Assembly (NCBI GenBank): GCA_043745355.1
Contig: JAYTSY010000009.1
Coordinates: forward strand, 17,783 to 81,782
Origin: a bacterium
GTDB lineage: Bacteria; Patescibacteriota; Minisyncoccia; Phycocordibacterales; CAIZLB01
DNA length: 64,000 bases
Reading direction: 5' to 3'
Position numbers and translations under genes: made by a program. The notes beneath the pieces are model-generated. The model saw only the letters and a program-made list of their open reading frames with translations, was not told the origin of the DNA and made no database searches. Positions 7,454-16,986 of this stretch are shown here, in pieces. Each line of letters begins with the position of its first letter. Position 1 is the stretch's first letter.

Positions 7454-8668
7454 ATGAAATTTTTATACACTGCAAAAAAATCGACAGGGGAAACATTTAC
7501 TGCTGAATTAGAGGCGGCAGATAAGGGTGAATTTTACCGTGAGCTTCGCAAGTCCGGCAACACCCTCGTCACTGTAGAAGAAAAGAAAAAAGGATTTGGG
7601 ATCAACATGGAGATCAATCTCGGGTTTCTCAGTCGAATCAAAACGATGGACAAAATTACGTTTGCTCGAAATGTCGGCGGTATGCTTGAAGCAGGTCTCG
7701 CACTCTCGCGTGCAATCACTGTCGTTGAGCGTCAAACCAAGAACAAGAAACTCAAAAAGATCTATCAAAGTATTAACGAGAATATCAGTGCAGGAAAAAC
7801 TTTTCACGATTCGCTCGCCGAAGAACCGAAAGTTTTTTCCGATTTGTTTGTATCTATGGTCAAAGCAGGAGAGGAGGGTGGAACTCTCTCGGAATCTCTA
7901 AAGAATCTCGCCCTTCAGATGGAGAAGACGTACATTATCCAAAAAAAAGTAAAAGGGGCGATGATCTACCCGGGCGTTATCCTTTCGGTCATGTTTGTTA
8001 TCGGTATCATCATGATGATTGTGGTGGTGCCAAGTCTCGCAAAAACTTTTGCTGACTTGAAAACGCCCCTCCCGACAAGTACAAAAGTAGTGATTGCAGT
8101 TTCAGGATTTGCATCGAACCACTATATTTTACTTTTTCTCATAATCATCGCAGTGGTCACGTGTTTCATATACGCTTTGCGCACAAAAATCGGCAAACGT
8201 GTCGCCGATTTTGTTTCTCTACACGTTCCTGTTATCAGTACTATCGTCAAAGAAAGCAATGCGGCGCGTACCACCCGCACACTTTCGTCACTTCTCTCAT
8301 CAGGAGTTGATCTTCTGATGGCGGTACGAATCACTGGAGAAGTATTGCAGAACTCATATTATAAGAGCGTCTTGAAGCGCACGGAAGCAGTTGTTGAAAA
8401 GGGAGACCCTATTTCTACTATTTTTACACAAGAGGAAAAGTTATATCCAATATTTGTCGGCGAGATGATGAGTGTGGGAGAGGAAACAGGGAAACTTGCC
8501 ACCATGCTTGTGGGCGTCGCCAGTTTCTATGAAAATGAAGTGGAACAAAAAACAAAAGATATGTCTACAATCATCGAGCCATTCCTCATGGTTATTATCG
8601 GTGCGGGTGTAGGGTTCTTTGCTGTGTCGATGATTACTCCGATGTATTCGGTGATGAATAATATATAA
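7454..8668 (+). CDS. pilC: type IV pilus platform protein PilC (GspF family)
   Basis: Two GspF-type repeats and three TM regions. Follows pilB directly. Confidence 0.9.
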   Translation: MKFLYTAKKSTGETFTAELEAADKGEFYRELRKSGNTLVTVEEKKKGFGINMEINLGFLSRIKTMDKITFARNVGGMLEAGLALSRAITVVERQTKNKKLKKIYQSINENISAGKTFHDSLAEEPKVFSDLFVSMVKAGEEGGTLSESLKNLALQMEKTYIIQKKVKGAMIYPGVILSVMFVIGIIMMIVVVPSLAKTFADLKTPLPTSTKVVIAVSGFASNHYILLFLIIIAVVTCFIYALRTKIGKRVADFVSLHVPVISTIVKESNAARTTRTLSSLLSSGVDLLMAVRITGEVLQNSYYKSVLKRTEAVVEKGDPISTIFTQEEKLYPIFVGEMMSVGEETGKLATMLVGVASFYENEVEQKTKDMSTIIEPFLMVIIGAGVGFFAVSMITPMYSVMNNI

Positions 8669-8672
8669 AGTT

Positions 8673-9155
8673 ATGATAATGGATTTCTCAACTAGCAAAA
8701 AAAATGATATCGCAGGGTATACATTACTCGAATTGCTCGTGGTGATTGCAATTGCAGCGCTCATTGTCACGATCACAGCGCTAGCCTTTTTGGGACTTTC
8801 AAGTTCTCAGTCCCTCGAAAAAGATACGGATGTTGCGCAATCATATTTAGAGAAAGCTCGCTTGCAAGCGGTTAACTCAAATAATTTTTCAGAGTTTGGT
8901 ATCAAGGTAGCAACAACATCTATTACTATATTTCAAGGCACTTCATTTGCTACCGCAACTTCTACTTCGGTGTATAATTTATCACCAAAGGTGCAGGTTA
9001 AGACTATCTCACTTTCAAATAACGGCACTGAGTTTTATTTCAATAAAATAACGGGAGAACCTAACGCGACGGGGACGATTACATTTACTTTGACGAACGC
9101 AAGCAGTACAAAATCCATTGTCATCTATGGTACGGGACTTTCGGAAACACAATAA
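8673..9155 (+). CDS. prepilin-type N-terminal cleavage/methylation domain protein (pilin or pseudopilin)
   Basis: N-terminus ..AGYTLLELLVVIAIAALIV (class III signal with a Glu at +5). Confidence 0.8.
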   Translation: MIMDFSTSKKNDIAGYTLLELLVVIAIAALIVTITALAFLGLSSSQSLEKDTDVAQSYLEKARLQAVNSNNFSEFGIKVATTSITIFQGTSFATATSTSVYNLSPKVQVKTISLSNNGTEFYFNKITGEPNATGTITFTLTNASSTKSIVIYGTGLSETQ

Positions 9156-9158
9156 TAT

Positions 9159-9665
9159 ATGATCCGCACATTGAACAAGAAAACAAAAAATACATCTTCG
9201 GGGCTGAGCCTGGTGGAAGTCATTGTGGGTGCTGCGATTATCGGCACATCTGTTATTTCGATTGTCGGTATTTATGGCGGCCTGACAAAATTGTCGTATC
9301 GAAATACCCCACGTGTGCAGGCCGCCATGCTTGCAGAAGAGGGAACGGAGGCACTGAAGACCATGCGAGACTCAGGATGGACATCACAAATTGCATCGCT
9401 TACGGTAGGATCAACTTACCGGTTGGCATGGACAGGAGGCAGTTGGAAAGCAACAACGTCATCGGCACTTATCGACAATGCATTCGATCGGACGTTTGTC
9501 TTATCTGATGTCAATCGAGATTCAGTCACCTTTAATGTTGTAACGAGTGGTGGGGTGCTAGATACAAGTACCAAGAAAGCTACTGTGACTGTTGCGTGGC
9601 GTGATGACGGTGCGACCACCACCAAATCCTTAGAAACGTATTTATTTAATACATTCAGTAATTAA
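9159..9665 (+). CDS. prepilin-type pilin-like protein
   Basis: N-terminus ..SGLSLVEVIVGAAIIG. Confidence 0.75.
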   Translation: MIRTLNKKTKNTSSGLSLVEVIVGAAIIGTSVISIVGIYGGLTKLSYRNTPRVQAAMLAEEGTEALKTMRDSGWTSQIASLTVGSTYRLAWTGGSWKATTSSALIDNAFDRTFVLSDVNRDSVTFNVVTSGGVLDTSTKKATVTVAWRDDGATTTKSLETYLFNTFSN

Positions 9666-9666
9666 T

Positions 9667-10170
9667 ATGAAAAACAAAGGATTTTCTTTAGTCGAAACAG
9701 TAGTCTATCTCGGGTTACTTATAGTGCTCCTTGTCGCGATCATTGATTCAACTGTGTTGCTCGCAAAGAATTATCGAAACGTTAAGGCGGTACGGTCCAT
9801 CGAAAATTCAGCCATTTCATCGATGGATCGGATGGTACGTGAAATCAGAAACGCTAAAAGTATCGATGGGGCACAAACAACATACAATTCAAGTCCAGGT
9901 TCTCTTAAATTGAATACTACTGATACGAGTGGTACCGCTCAAACGCTTCGTTTTTATCTCTCGGGTGGAAAGGTAATTATGGAACGTAATGGTATTTCAA
10001 TCGGCCAATTGACTACATCAAACGCGGTCGTCTCATCTCTTATTTTCCGAGCAATATCAACGAGTACATCTGATGCAATCAAAATAGAAATATCTATCGA
10101 GAGTGGCACGACGACATCGTATGTCACAAAGAATTTCTACGAGACAGCAATCCTTCGAAATTCATATTAA
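9667..10170 (+). CDS. prepilin-type pilin-like protein
   Basis: N-terminus MKNKGFSLVETVVYLGLLIVLL. Confidence 0.8.
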   Translation: MKNKGFSLVETVVYLGLLIVLLVAIIDSTVLLAKNYRNVKAVRSIENSAISSMDRMVREIRNAKSIDGAQTTYNSSPGSLKLNTTDTSGTAQTLRFYLSGGKVIMERNGISIGQLTTSNAVVSSLIFRAISTSTSDAIKIEISIESGTTTSYVTKNFYETAILRNSY

Positions 10171-10182
10171 TACATACATATT

Positions 10183-11964
10183 GTGAAAAAAAATATCACC
10201 AATCGAAAACGATCAGCACAGCAGGGGCAAGCGGTTATTACTGCAGTTATATTCTTCTTGGTTATTTCCATCATCACAATGGTTGCGGTTGCGACTCCTG
10301 TGGCAAATCAAATTCGAGGGAGCGCCGATTTCATCCAATCGAAGCAAGGATATATTGCAGCCGAAGCGGTTAATGAAGATGCCTTGTATCGATTGAATAA
10401 AGGCAAAACCTTGCCGACAACGATGGTACTGCCGTTTAGCACAGCAACATCTTCTGCAACGGTGACAGACGTGGGTGGCGCGAAACAGATTGTTTCGATC
10501 GGTAATGTCGGATATTTTCAACGACAAGCAAAGACTACATTTTCTCAAGGAGCGGGCGTCTCATTTAGTTATGGACTGCAAGTAGGAAATGGAGGATACA
10601 CAATGTCAGGCGGTGCCGGTATCAATGGAAACGTCTACTCAAATGGCGACATCGTCGGTAGTGGTGGCCCATACATCACCGGCACCGCCATCGTCGCTAA
10701 TGTCTCAAGTCCAACGGCTGATCAATCAAATACAGGATCGACAACACCGCTGTACTCGATGCTTATTGGCGATACGAGCGCGACTCAAGATTTCACACAA
10801 GCATTTACCGTCAGCACCACAAGTCCTGTCACCGAAGTTTCACTTTATATAAAAAAGAATGGGTCACCATCAAATGCGACTGTGCAAATCATGACGAACA
10901 ATAGCGGCCAGCCAAGCACAACGGTGCTCACTTCTATTGCTCTCAGTGCCTCCTCTGTGACAACCAGTTATGGGTGGATACGTGTTGCTTTTGCAACAAA
11001 TCCGAGTCTTGTGGTCGGCACAACATATTGGTTGGTTGTAAATGGTTCAAATGGTACAGCTAATAATTATCAAATTGCTGCAACTGACGCGACATATGGG
11101 GTAGGCAATGCATTGCGAGGAACTATTGGTGGCACATGGAGTGCTCCAGCACCGACCTCGACTCTCGATGCATATTTTAATTTATATTTAGGAGGAGACA
11201 CGGGTTCAATTAGTGGAGTGACTATTGGATCAGGAGGAGTGGGAAATGCTCAAGCTCACACGGTCACGGGTTCAACAGTTGCTGGAACTATTTATTGCCA
11301 AGTCGGCTCGGGCAATAACAAAGCATGTGATACATCACAAGCTGACCCCTCGCCGACGTCATTCCCCGTTTCTGATGCAAACATCGCTCAATGGGAATCT
11401 GACGCCACCGATGGTGGTACTCGTACTGGTAACTGGACAATTGGCGGATCTATAGCAACTTCTTCGGGACCTATGAAAATTGTAGGTGACCTTACGGTAA
11501 ATGCTGGTGGTACTCTCACAGTGACAGGTACATTATATATAACAGGAAACCTAAGCGTCTCGGGTGGCGGAAAGATAGTCCTCAATTCCTCATATGGCGG
11601 AGGAAGTGGTGTTATTGTGGTGGATGGACAAATAAGCCTCACGGGAGGAGGACAAGTGCAAGGAAGCGGTACTACAGGCAGCTATGTGTTGCTTTTGACT
11701 AATAGTAGTTGCCCCTCAGGCTCGGGTTGTGGAAGCTCAAATGCGATAGAAGCCGGTGGAGGAACTGGATCAGTAGTATTGAATGCTCAAAATGGCACTA
11801 TTAATTTCTCTGGAGGCACCGCCGCTAAAGCGGCGGTTGCAAAACGTATGATTATGGGAGGTGGAACGACCATCACATATGATTCTGGCCTCGCAAGCAT
11901 GAGTTTTACCAGCGGTCCATCTGGTGCGTGGAATGTAGATAGTTGGAAAGAGGTCTCACAATAG
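10183..11964 (+). CDS. large Gly/Ser/Thr-rich pilus-associated protein (PilX-like N-terminal anchor, putative tip or adhesin component)
   Basis: N-terminal hydrophobic helix (QAVITAVIFFLVISIITMVAV), then 550 aa of G/S/T-rich, beta-helix-like repeats. Last gene of the pilin cluster. Confidence 0.55.
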   Translation: MKKNITNRKRSAQQGQAVITAVIFFLVISIITMVAVATPVANQIRGSADFIQSKQGYIAAEAVNEDALYRLNKGKTLPTTMVLPFSTATSSATVTDVGGAKQIVSIGNVGYFQRQAKTTFSQGAGVSFSYGLQVGNGGYTMSGGAGINGNVYSNGDIVGSGGPYITGTAIVANVSSPTADQSNTGSTTPLYSMLIGDTSATQDFTQAFTVSTTSPVTEVSLYIKKNGSPSNATVQIMTNNSGQPSTTVLTSIALSASSVTTSYGWIRVAFATNPSLVVGTTYWLVVNGSNGTANNYQIAATDATYGVGNALRGTIGGTWSAPAPTSTLDAYFNLYLGGDTGSISGVTIGSGGVGNAQAHTVTGSTVAGTIYCQVGSGNNKACDTSQADPSPTSFPVSDANIAQWESDATDGGTRTGNWTIGGSIATSSGPMKIVGDLTVNAGGTLTVTGTLYITGNLSVSGGGKIVLNSSYGGGSGVIVVDGQISLTGGGQVQGSGTTGSYVLLLTNSSCPSGSGCGSSNAIEAGGGTGSVVLNAQNGTINFSGGTAAKAAVAKRMIMGGGTTITYDSGLASMSFTSGPSGAWNVDSWKEVSQ

Positions 11965-11990
11965 GAATCTTTAAATATTCGCAGAAATTC

Positions 11991-11999
11991 TGCTATAAT
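11991..11999 (+). promoter_or_regulatory. candidate extended -10 (TGCTATAAT) for tpiA-pgk
   Basis: Read directly, 14 nt before the tpiA ATG. Palindrome GCAGAA-A-TTCTGC lies immediately upstream. Confidence 0.35.
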
Positions 12000-12012
12000 T
12001 GCCTGCATCTGT

Positions 12013-12990
12013 ATGAAAAAAAACAAGAAGCCGCTCATTATCGGTAATTGGAAGACCAACCCCTCAACACTCGAAGACGCAAAGAAGCGATTTGTTGCGA
12101 TCAAGCGCGCTGCAAAGTTTTATCGGAACGTTGATGTGGCAATTTGTCCGCCATTTATATTTATTCCTACTCTCGCTGCATTATCTCGAGACAATATTAT
12201 TAGCGTCGGTGCACAGGATCTTTCTGTCTTCGGAGAGGGTTCAAAAACTGGAGAGATCAGTGCTTCAATGATTGAAACATCTGGATCAAAGTTGGTTATT
12301 CTCGGTCACTCCGAGCGACGGCTGCTCGGCGACACGGATGAGGTGGTTTCAGCAAAGATTTCTCAGGCCCTGAAAACCGATATGACACTTGTCGTGTGTG
12401 TGGGAGAAAAAACACGCGAAGGGGACGATGGAGAATATTTGAATGTTATTAAAAGACAATTGCAGAGCGCGCTTTCGACCGTTGCCCGCAATCAATTTAA
12501 CCAAATCGTTATCGCATACGAGCCGGTATGGGCCATCGGTCGCAAGGATAATGTGGCCATCACTTCACATGATCTCCATCAAATGGTTATTTTCATCAAA
12601 AAGTATCTCAAGGAGTCGTGGGGCGATACTATCTCATCAATTGTCCCGATTTTATATGGTGGATCCGTGACGGCAGACAATGCACAAGATATTTTGTGGA
12701 ACAGTGAAGTGGATGGGCTGCTCGTCGGTCGCGCAAGTTGGGAAGTAGAAACATTCGGTCCGTTACTCGCTGCGGTCGCTGCAAAACAAAAGCCTGTTAT
12801 CCAACTACGGAAGAAGATGAAAAATGTGGTGGCACAGATTCGAGAGAAGAAAAAAAGTGTCAAAAAGTTAGTGAAAAAAGTGGCAAATAAATCTGTGAAG
12901 AAGATTATAAAAAAAGGAGCAAAAAAAGTTGTCAGGAAAACAGTGAAGAAAACTTCAAAAAAGAATGTAGTTAAAAGGAAGAAAAGATAA
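12013..12990 (+). CDS. tpiA: triosephosphate isomerase with a Lys-rich C-terminal tail of about 65 aa
   Basis: PLIIGNWK, ILGHSERR and AYEPVWAIG motifs. The C-terminus is QLRKKMKN...KKVVRKTVKKTSKKNVVKRKKR. Confidence 0.9.
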   Translation: MKKNKKPLIIGNWKTNPSTLEDAKKRFVAIKRAAKFYRNVDVAICPPFIFIPTLAALSRDNIISVGAQDLSVFGEGSKTGEISASMIETSGSKLVILGHSERRLLGDTDEVVSAKISQALKTDMTLVVCVGEKTREGDDGEYLNVIKRQLQSALSTVARNQFNQIVIAYEPVWAIGRKDNVAITSHDLHQMVIFIKKYLKESWGDTISSIVPILYGGSVTADNAQDILWNSEVDGLLVGRASWEVETFGPLLAAVAAKQKPVIQLRKKMKNVVAQIREKKKSVKKLVKKVANKSVKKIIKKGAKKVVRKTVKKTSKKNVVKRKKR

Positions 12991-14117
12991 TGAATATTCA
13001 ATCAATAAAAGATGCAGGTGACATAAGAGGAAAGAGGGTTATCACTCGCCTTGATCTCAATGTACCTATTCAGGATGGCAAGGTCGTTGATGACCTCCGA
13101 ATCCAAAAGAGCTTGGAAACATTGAATTATTTGAAGAATGCTGGAGCAAAAACAATTATTCTCGCACATTTAGAAGGTAAGGGCGGGGCAACGCTTGCAC
13201 CCGTTGCAGAGTATTTGAATACTATTTTTTCCGTAACATTTGTTAAAGACTTTCTCAATAAAGAATCAACAATGACAGTAATTGATTCTATGAAAGATGG
13301 CGATATTGTCCTTTTTGAAAATCTTCGCGTGAGTGAAGGGGAAAAAAAGAATGACCCATCTTTTGCGCTCTATCTCTCACAGTTTGGAGACCTCTATGTA
13401 AATGACGCGTTCTCTGTGTCGCACCGCGCTCATGCCTCTGTTGTCGCGCTTCCTGCACTCTTGCCGCATTATGCGGGTTTTAATTTACTCGAAGAAATTA
13501 ATCATATTAAAGCAGTCTTTCACCCAGAGCGGCCATTTCTATTTATCTTGGGAGGTGCAAAGTTCGAAACAAAAATGCCTCTTATTAAAAAATTCATGAC
13601 ACTTGCGGATCATGTGTTTGTGGGCGGTGCGCTCGCTAATAACTTTTTCAAAGAAAAAGGATTGAACGTCGGCGCCTCACTTGTCTCAGAGGGAAATTAC
13701 AATCTTGTGGAATATTTGAATGATCGGAAATTAATATTGTCGACAGATGTTGTGGTTAAATCCCCAAATGGCGTTGTTGTTAAAAAAGTAGCTGAAATTG
13801 CGGATGAAGACTGCATCGTTGATGTGGGCCCACAGTCAGTTGAAGATCTGAAGCCGGTCATTGCATCTGCAAAATTTGTTTTGTGGAATGGCCCGATGGG
13901 AAATTATGAAGAAGGATTCAAGGACCAGACTGAGGCAATTGCAAAAATAATTGCAGAGACTGGGGTACAATCCGCGATCGGTGGAGGGGATACGACAGCA
14001 ACACTCGCTGCACTTGCATTAGATAAAGATAAAAATATTTTTATATCAACAGGAGGCGGGGCGATGTTGCAGTATCTTTTGGATGAGACGTTGCCGGGGA
14101 TTGAAGCTTTAAAGTAA
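12990..14117 (+). CDS. pgk: phosphoglycerate kinase
   Basis: RLDLNVP..DD.RI, FENLR, and GGGDT motifs. The start overlaps the tpiA stop (TAATG). Confidence 0.93.
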   Translation: MNIQSIKDAGDIRGKRVITRLDLNVPIQDGKVVDDLRIQKSLETLNYLKNAGAKTIILAHLEGKGGATLAPVAEYLNTIFSVTFVKDFLNKESTMTVIDSMKDGDIVLFENLRVSEGEKKNDPSFALYLSQFGDLYVNDAFSVSHRAHASVVALPALLPHYAGFNLLEEINHIKAVFHPERPFLFILGGAKFETKMPLIKKFMTLADHVFVGGALANNFFKEKGLNVGASLVSEGNYNLVEYLNDRKLILSTDVVVKSPNGVVVKKVAEIADEDCIVDVGPQSVEDLKPVIASAKFVLWNGPMGNYEEGFKDQTEAIAKIIAETGVQSAIGGGDTTATLAALALDKDKNIFISTGGGAMLQYLLDETLPGIEALK

Positions 14118-14540
14118 TTCTTTCTTTATTTTCTCAACAACAACCTCTGACTCACCTTCTTTATATGTCTTGCTAGGCCAATGTTTAAAGCCATCCTCAT
14201 TTAGACGAGGAATAACATGAATATGCGCATGCGGCACTATTTGTCCTGCAGCACTTTCATTATTCATAATAATATTCACCCCATCTGCATCCATGCCGTT
14301 TTTAATCGCAATCGCCATCTTTCGTGCGGTGATTGCCATCCGGCAAAATGTCTCATCGGGGGTCGAGTAAACATTTTCAAAATGATCTTTTGGTATTACA
14401 AGCGTATGGCCTGGATTGTTGGGCATAATATCTAAAAATGCGAGAGTTTCATCATCCTCATACACCTTACTAGCAGGTATCTCTCCCGCTACAATTTTGC
14501 AAAAAATGCAGTCAGCCTCTGTAATATGGTCAGTTTTCAT
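14109..14540 (-). CDS. HIT-family (histidine triad) hydrolase
   Basis: CIFCKIVAGEIP... and HAHIHVIPR motifs. The internal Met at 14540 is preferred because the longer ORF would overlap recJ. Confidence 0.85.
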   Translation of the reverse strand: MKTDHITEADCIFCKIVAGEIPASKVYEDDETLAFLDIMPNNPGHTLVIPKDHFENVYSTPDETFCRMAITARKMAIAIKNGMDADGVNIIMNNESAAGQIVPHAHIHVIPRLNEDGFKHWPSKTYKEGESEVVVEKIKKELL

Positions 14541-14567
14541 GTCGACATTGTATGATAGAATCCTTGA

Positions 14568-16283
14568 ATGGCCAACTACTCCGTACGCGAATTTCAAGGT
14601 CAAAACTTCAAAAATGACCTCCTCCAGCATCTTCTTTTTCATCGCGGGTTGATAGAAGAGAGTGAGCAAAGAGAATTTTTATACCCAGATTATGACAAAG
14701 GAAATCACAATCCTCTGAGTCTCGCGGGCATTGTAGATGCAATCGAGCGTATACGAAAAGCAATCAAGGAGAACGAACACATCGCGATCTTTAGTGACTT
14801 TGATGGTGATGGGCTTCCAGGTGCAACAATTCTCTATGATTTCTTCAAGAAGATTTCATATTCTAACTTTGAAAACTATATTCCCCATCGCCATCTCGAA
14901 GGTTTTGGTTTGAACAACGGGGCGATCGACAAGATGGCAAGTAGAGAGACTAAGCTTATTATTACCATTGATTGCGGTATCACCGATGTATCTGAAGTTC
15001 AATATGCAAATTCGCTCGGCATTGATGTGATTATTACGGATCATCATTTGCCAGCAGAGGTGTTGCCAAATGCATTTGCAATTGTTAACCCAAAACGCGC
15101 TGACTGCAGATACCCTGAGAAAATGCTTTGTGGTTCGGGAGTTATTTTCAAAGTGGTACAAGCACTTCTCATTGATGATCGGGCGCGCGCCGAAGGCGCG
15201 CGCATGTTCGATGCTGCAAAGTCGGGATGGGAAAAATGGCTTCTCGATATGGTGGGTATGGCAACGCTTTCTGATATGGTCCCACTTCGGGGAGAGAATC
15301 GGGTGTTTGCATACTATGGACTCAAGGTACTCCGCAAAAGCCCACGACTCGGCATTATGAAATTACTTCGATCTCTCTCGGTTACTCAATCAAATCTTGT
15401 TGAGGATGATATTGGATTTTTGATCACACCTCGCATCAATGCCGCATCACGAATGGGAGACCCAATTGATGCATTCAAAATGTTGACCGCTGATACGGAT
15501 GAAGCCGCGGATCATGCTGTCACGTATCTCAATAAATTAAATGATGAACGAAAGGGAACGGTGGCGGCAATGATAAAGGAAATAAAAAAGAAAGTTGAAG
15601 AGAGAGGATTGCAGGACCTGCCAGTACTTGCCCTCGGTAATCCAAACTGGAAGCCGGCACTTTTGGGACTTGCTGCGACGACGCTTGTGCGTGACTATGG
15701 TCGCGCGGTATTTTTGTGGGGACGAGGTGATGATGGGATTTTGAAAGGATCATGTCGGTCAGATGGTGTGACAAATATCGTGGAGTTGATGCGAAGTGTA
15801 CCGGAGGAATATTTTATAGACAAAGGCGGTCATGCGGGAGCGGGAGGATTTTCACTGACAGAGGAGTATGTGCACGGATTCGCGGATGCGCTCTGCAAGG
15901 CAAAAACTGATCAGGGACAGTCCCCCTTGGCTGAGACGGATATTTTAGTTGACTCACTGCTTCCAGAAAACATCACCTGGGATACATGGTCTGCGATTGA
16001 AAAGCTCGCGCCATTTGGCGAAGGAAATCCAAAGCCATTATTTATGATTGATAAAGTGCCCCTTACGGGTATTAAAACATTCGGTAAAACAGGAAATCAT
16101 TTGGAGATGACATTTGCGGGAGCAAAAGGAAAGAAAATCCCCGCGATACAGTTTTTCTCGGAGCCCTCAGAAAAGATATCAGCCCTTAAAGCGGGTGACC
16201 CCGTGAGTTTGATTGTCACTATGGAAAAGTCGATGTTTAGGAATTTTCCGGAGCTGAGGTTGAAGATTGTTGAGGTTTTGTAA
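14568..16283 (+). CDS. recJ: single-stranded-DNA-specific exonuclease RecJ
   Basis: DHH motifs (IFSDFDGDG, ITDHH) and DHHA1 (GGHAGAGG). Confidence 0.9.
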   Translation: MANYSVREFQGQNFKNDLLQHLLFHRGLIEESEQREFLYPDYDKGNHNPLSLAGIVDAIERIRKAIKENEHIAIFSDFDGDGLPGATILYDFFKKISYSNFENYIPHRHLEGFGLNNGAIDKMASRETKLIITIDCGITDVSEVQYANSLGIDVIITDHHLPAEVLPNAFAIVNPKRADCRYPEKMLCGSGVIFKVVQALLIDDRARAEGARMFDAAKSGWEKWLLDMVGMATLSDMVPLRGENRVFAYYGLKVLRKSPRLGIMKLLRSLSVTQSNLVEDDIGFLITPRINAASRMGDPIDAFKMLTADTDEAADHAVTYLNKLNDERKGTVAAMIKEIKKKVEERGLQDLPVLALGNPNWKPALLGLAATTLVRDYGRAVFLWGRGDDGILKGSCRSDGVTNIVELMRSVPEEYFIDKGGHAGAGGFSLTEEYVHGFADALCKAKTDQGQSPLAETDILVDSLLPENITWDTWSAIEKLAPFGEGNPKPLFMIDKVPLTGIKTFGKTGNHLEMTFAGAKGKKIPAIQFFSEPSEKISALKAGDPVSLIVTMEKSMFRNFPELRLKIVEVL

Positions 16284-16388
16284 AAAGGCCTTGACTGCTA
16301 AATAATTAAATTGTATTGTCTTGATGCAGCTGAAATAGCTTGCTATTAAGGAATAAGCCTTAATAAACTCCAGAAATTGGAGGTTAGT

Positions 16389-16862
16389 ATGCTACATAAG
16401 AAATATAGTCCAATCGTTCTTTCAAAAGCCAACATGTTTGCCTTCTCCCTTGCCGAGCGCGCCATCCGGTACGTTCTTCAGGATGAGATGATTCGTTTAC
16501 TTCATGTCACCATCGATAGTACGGTGTGGACAGAGGAAAAAGATAATCATAATCACAAATCAGAGATTTCTACTTCCGTGCTTTGCCGAGGCCACAAGTT
16601 GATCGAGGTCGAAGCAGAGATTATTCTTTCAAGGTATCTTGATGGCGAGTGGGGCATCACTTCTGGAATTAAGTCTGACAGAATCAGGTTCCCTGGTTGC
16701 AAAGCCCTAAAAGGATTCTGGATTTATTTTTTGACGGGCGGTGATCGTGAAATCGAAAAAATCAAATTAGGCTACGTCTGGCAAGTGGACGTTGAGAGTA
16801 AAAGTTTTAGCTCTCCCCAAGATGATGCTTTGGTTGACGTCAGACGAAAATTGCTGGCGTAA
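16389..16862 (+). CDS. hypothetical protein
   Basis: The ORF has a GGAGG RBS just upstream of the ATG at 16389. I recognise no motifs. Confidence 0.6.
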   Translation: MLHKKYSPIVLSKANMFAFSLAERAIRYVLQDEMIRLLHVTIDSTVWTEEKDNHNHKSEISTSVLCRGHKLIEVEAEIILSRYLDGEWGITSGIKSDRIRFPGCKALKGFWIYFLTGGDREIEKIKLGYVWQVDVESKSFSSPQDDALVDVRRKLLA

Positions 16863-16877
16863 ATCATGTAGGAATTT

Positions 16878-16910
16878 GCGCCGACTCCTCACAGGGTCGG
16901 CGTTTTCTTT
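16878..16910 (+). terminator. rho-independent terminator
   Basis: GCGCCGAC / GTCGGCG stem followed by TTTTCTTT. Confidence 0.75.
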
Positions 16911-16986
16911 ATAGTTTTTCTCAAAAATTGCAATTATGTGTATATATGTGTACTATTGTGTATAGTTGGTTTATAACCAATTATCT

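Noticed and set aside
14541-14669. 43-codon N-terminal extension of the HIT gene ORF
   Set aside because: It would overlap the recJ start on the opposite strand. The HIT family N-terminus begins at the internal Met (14540).
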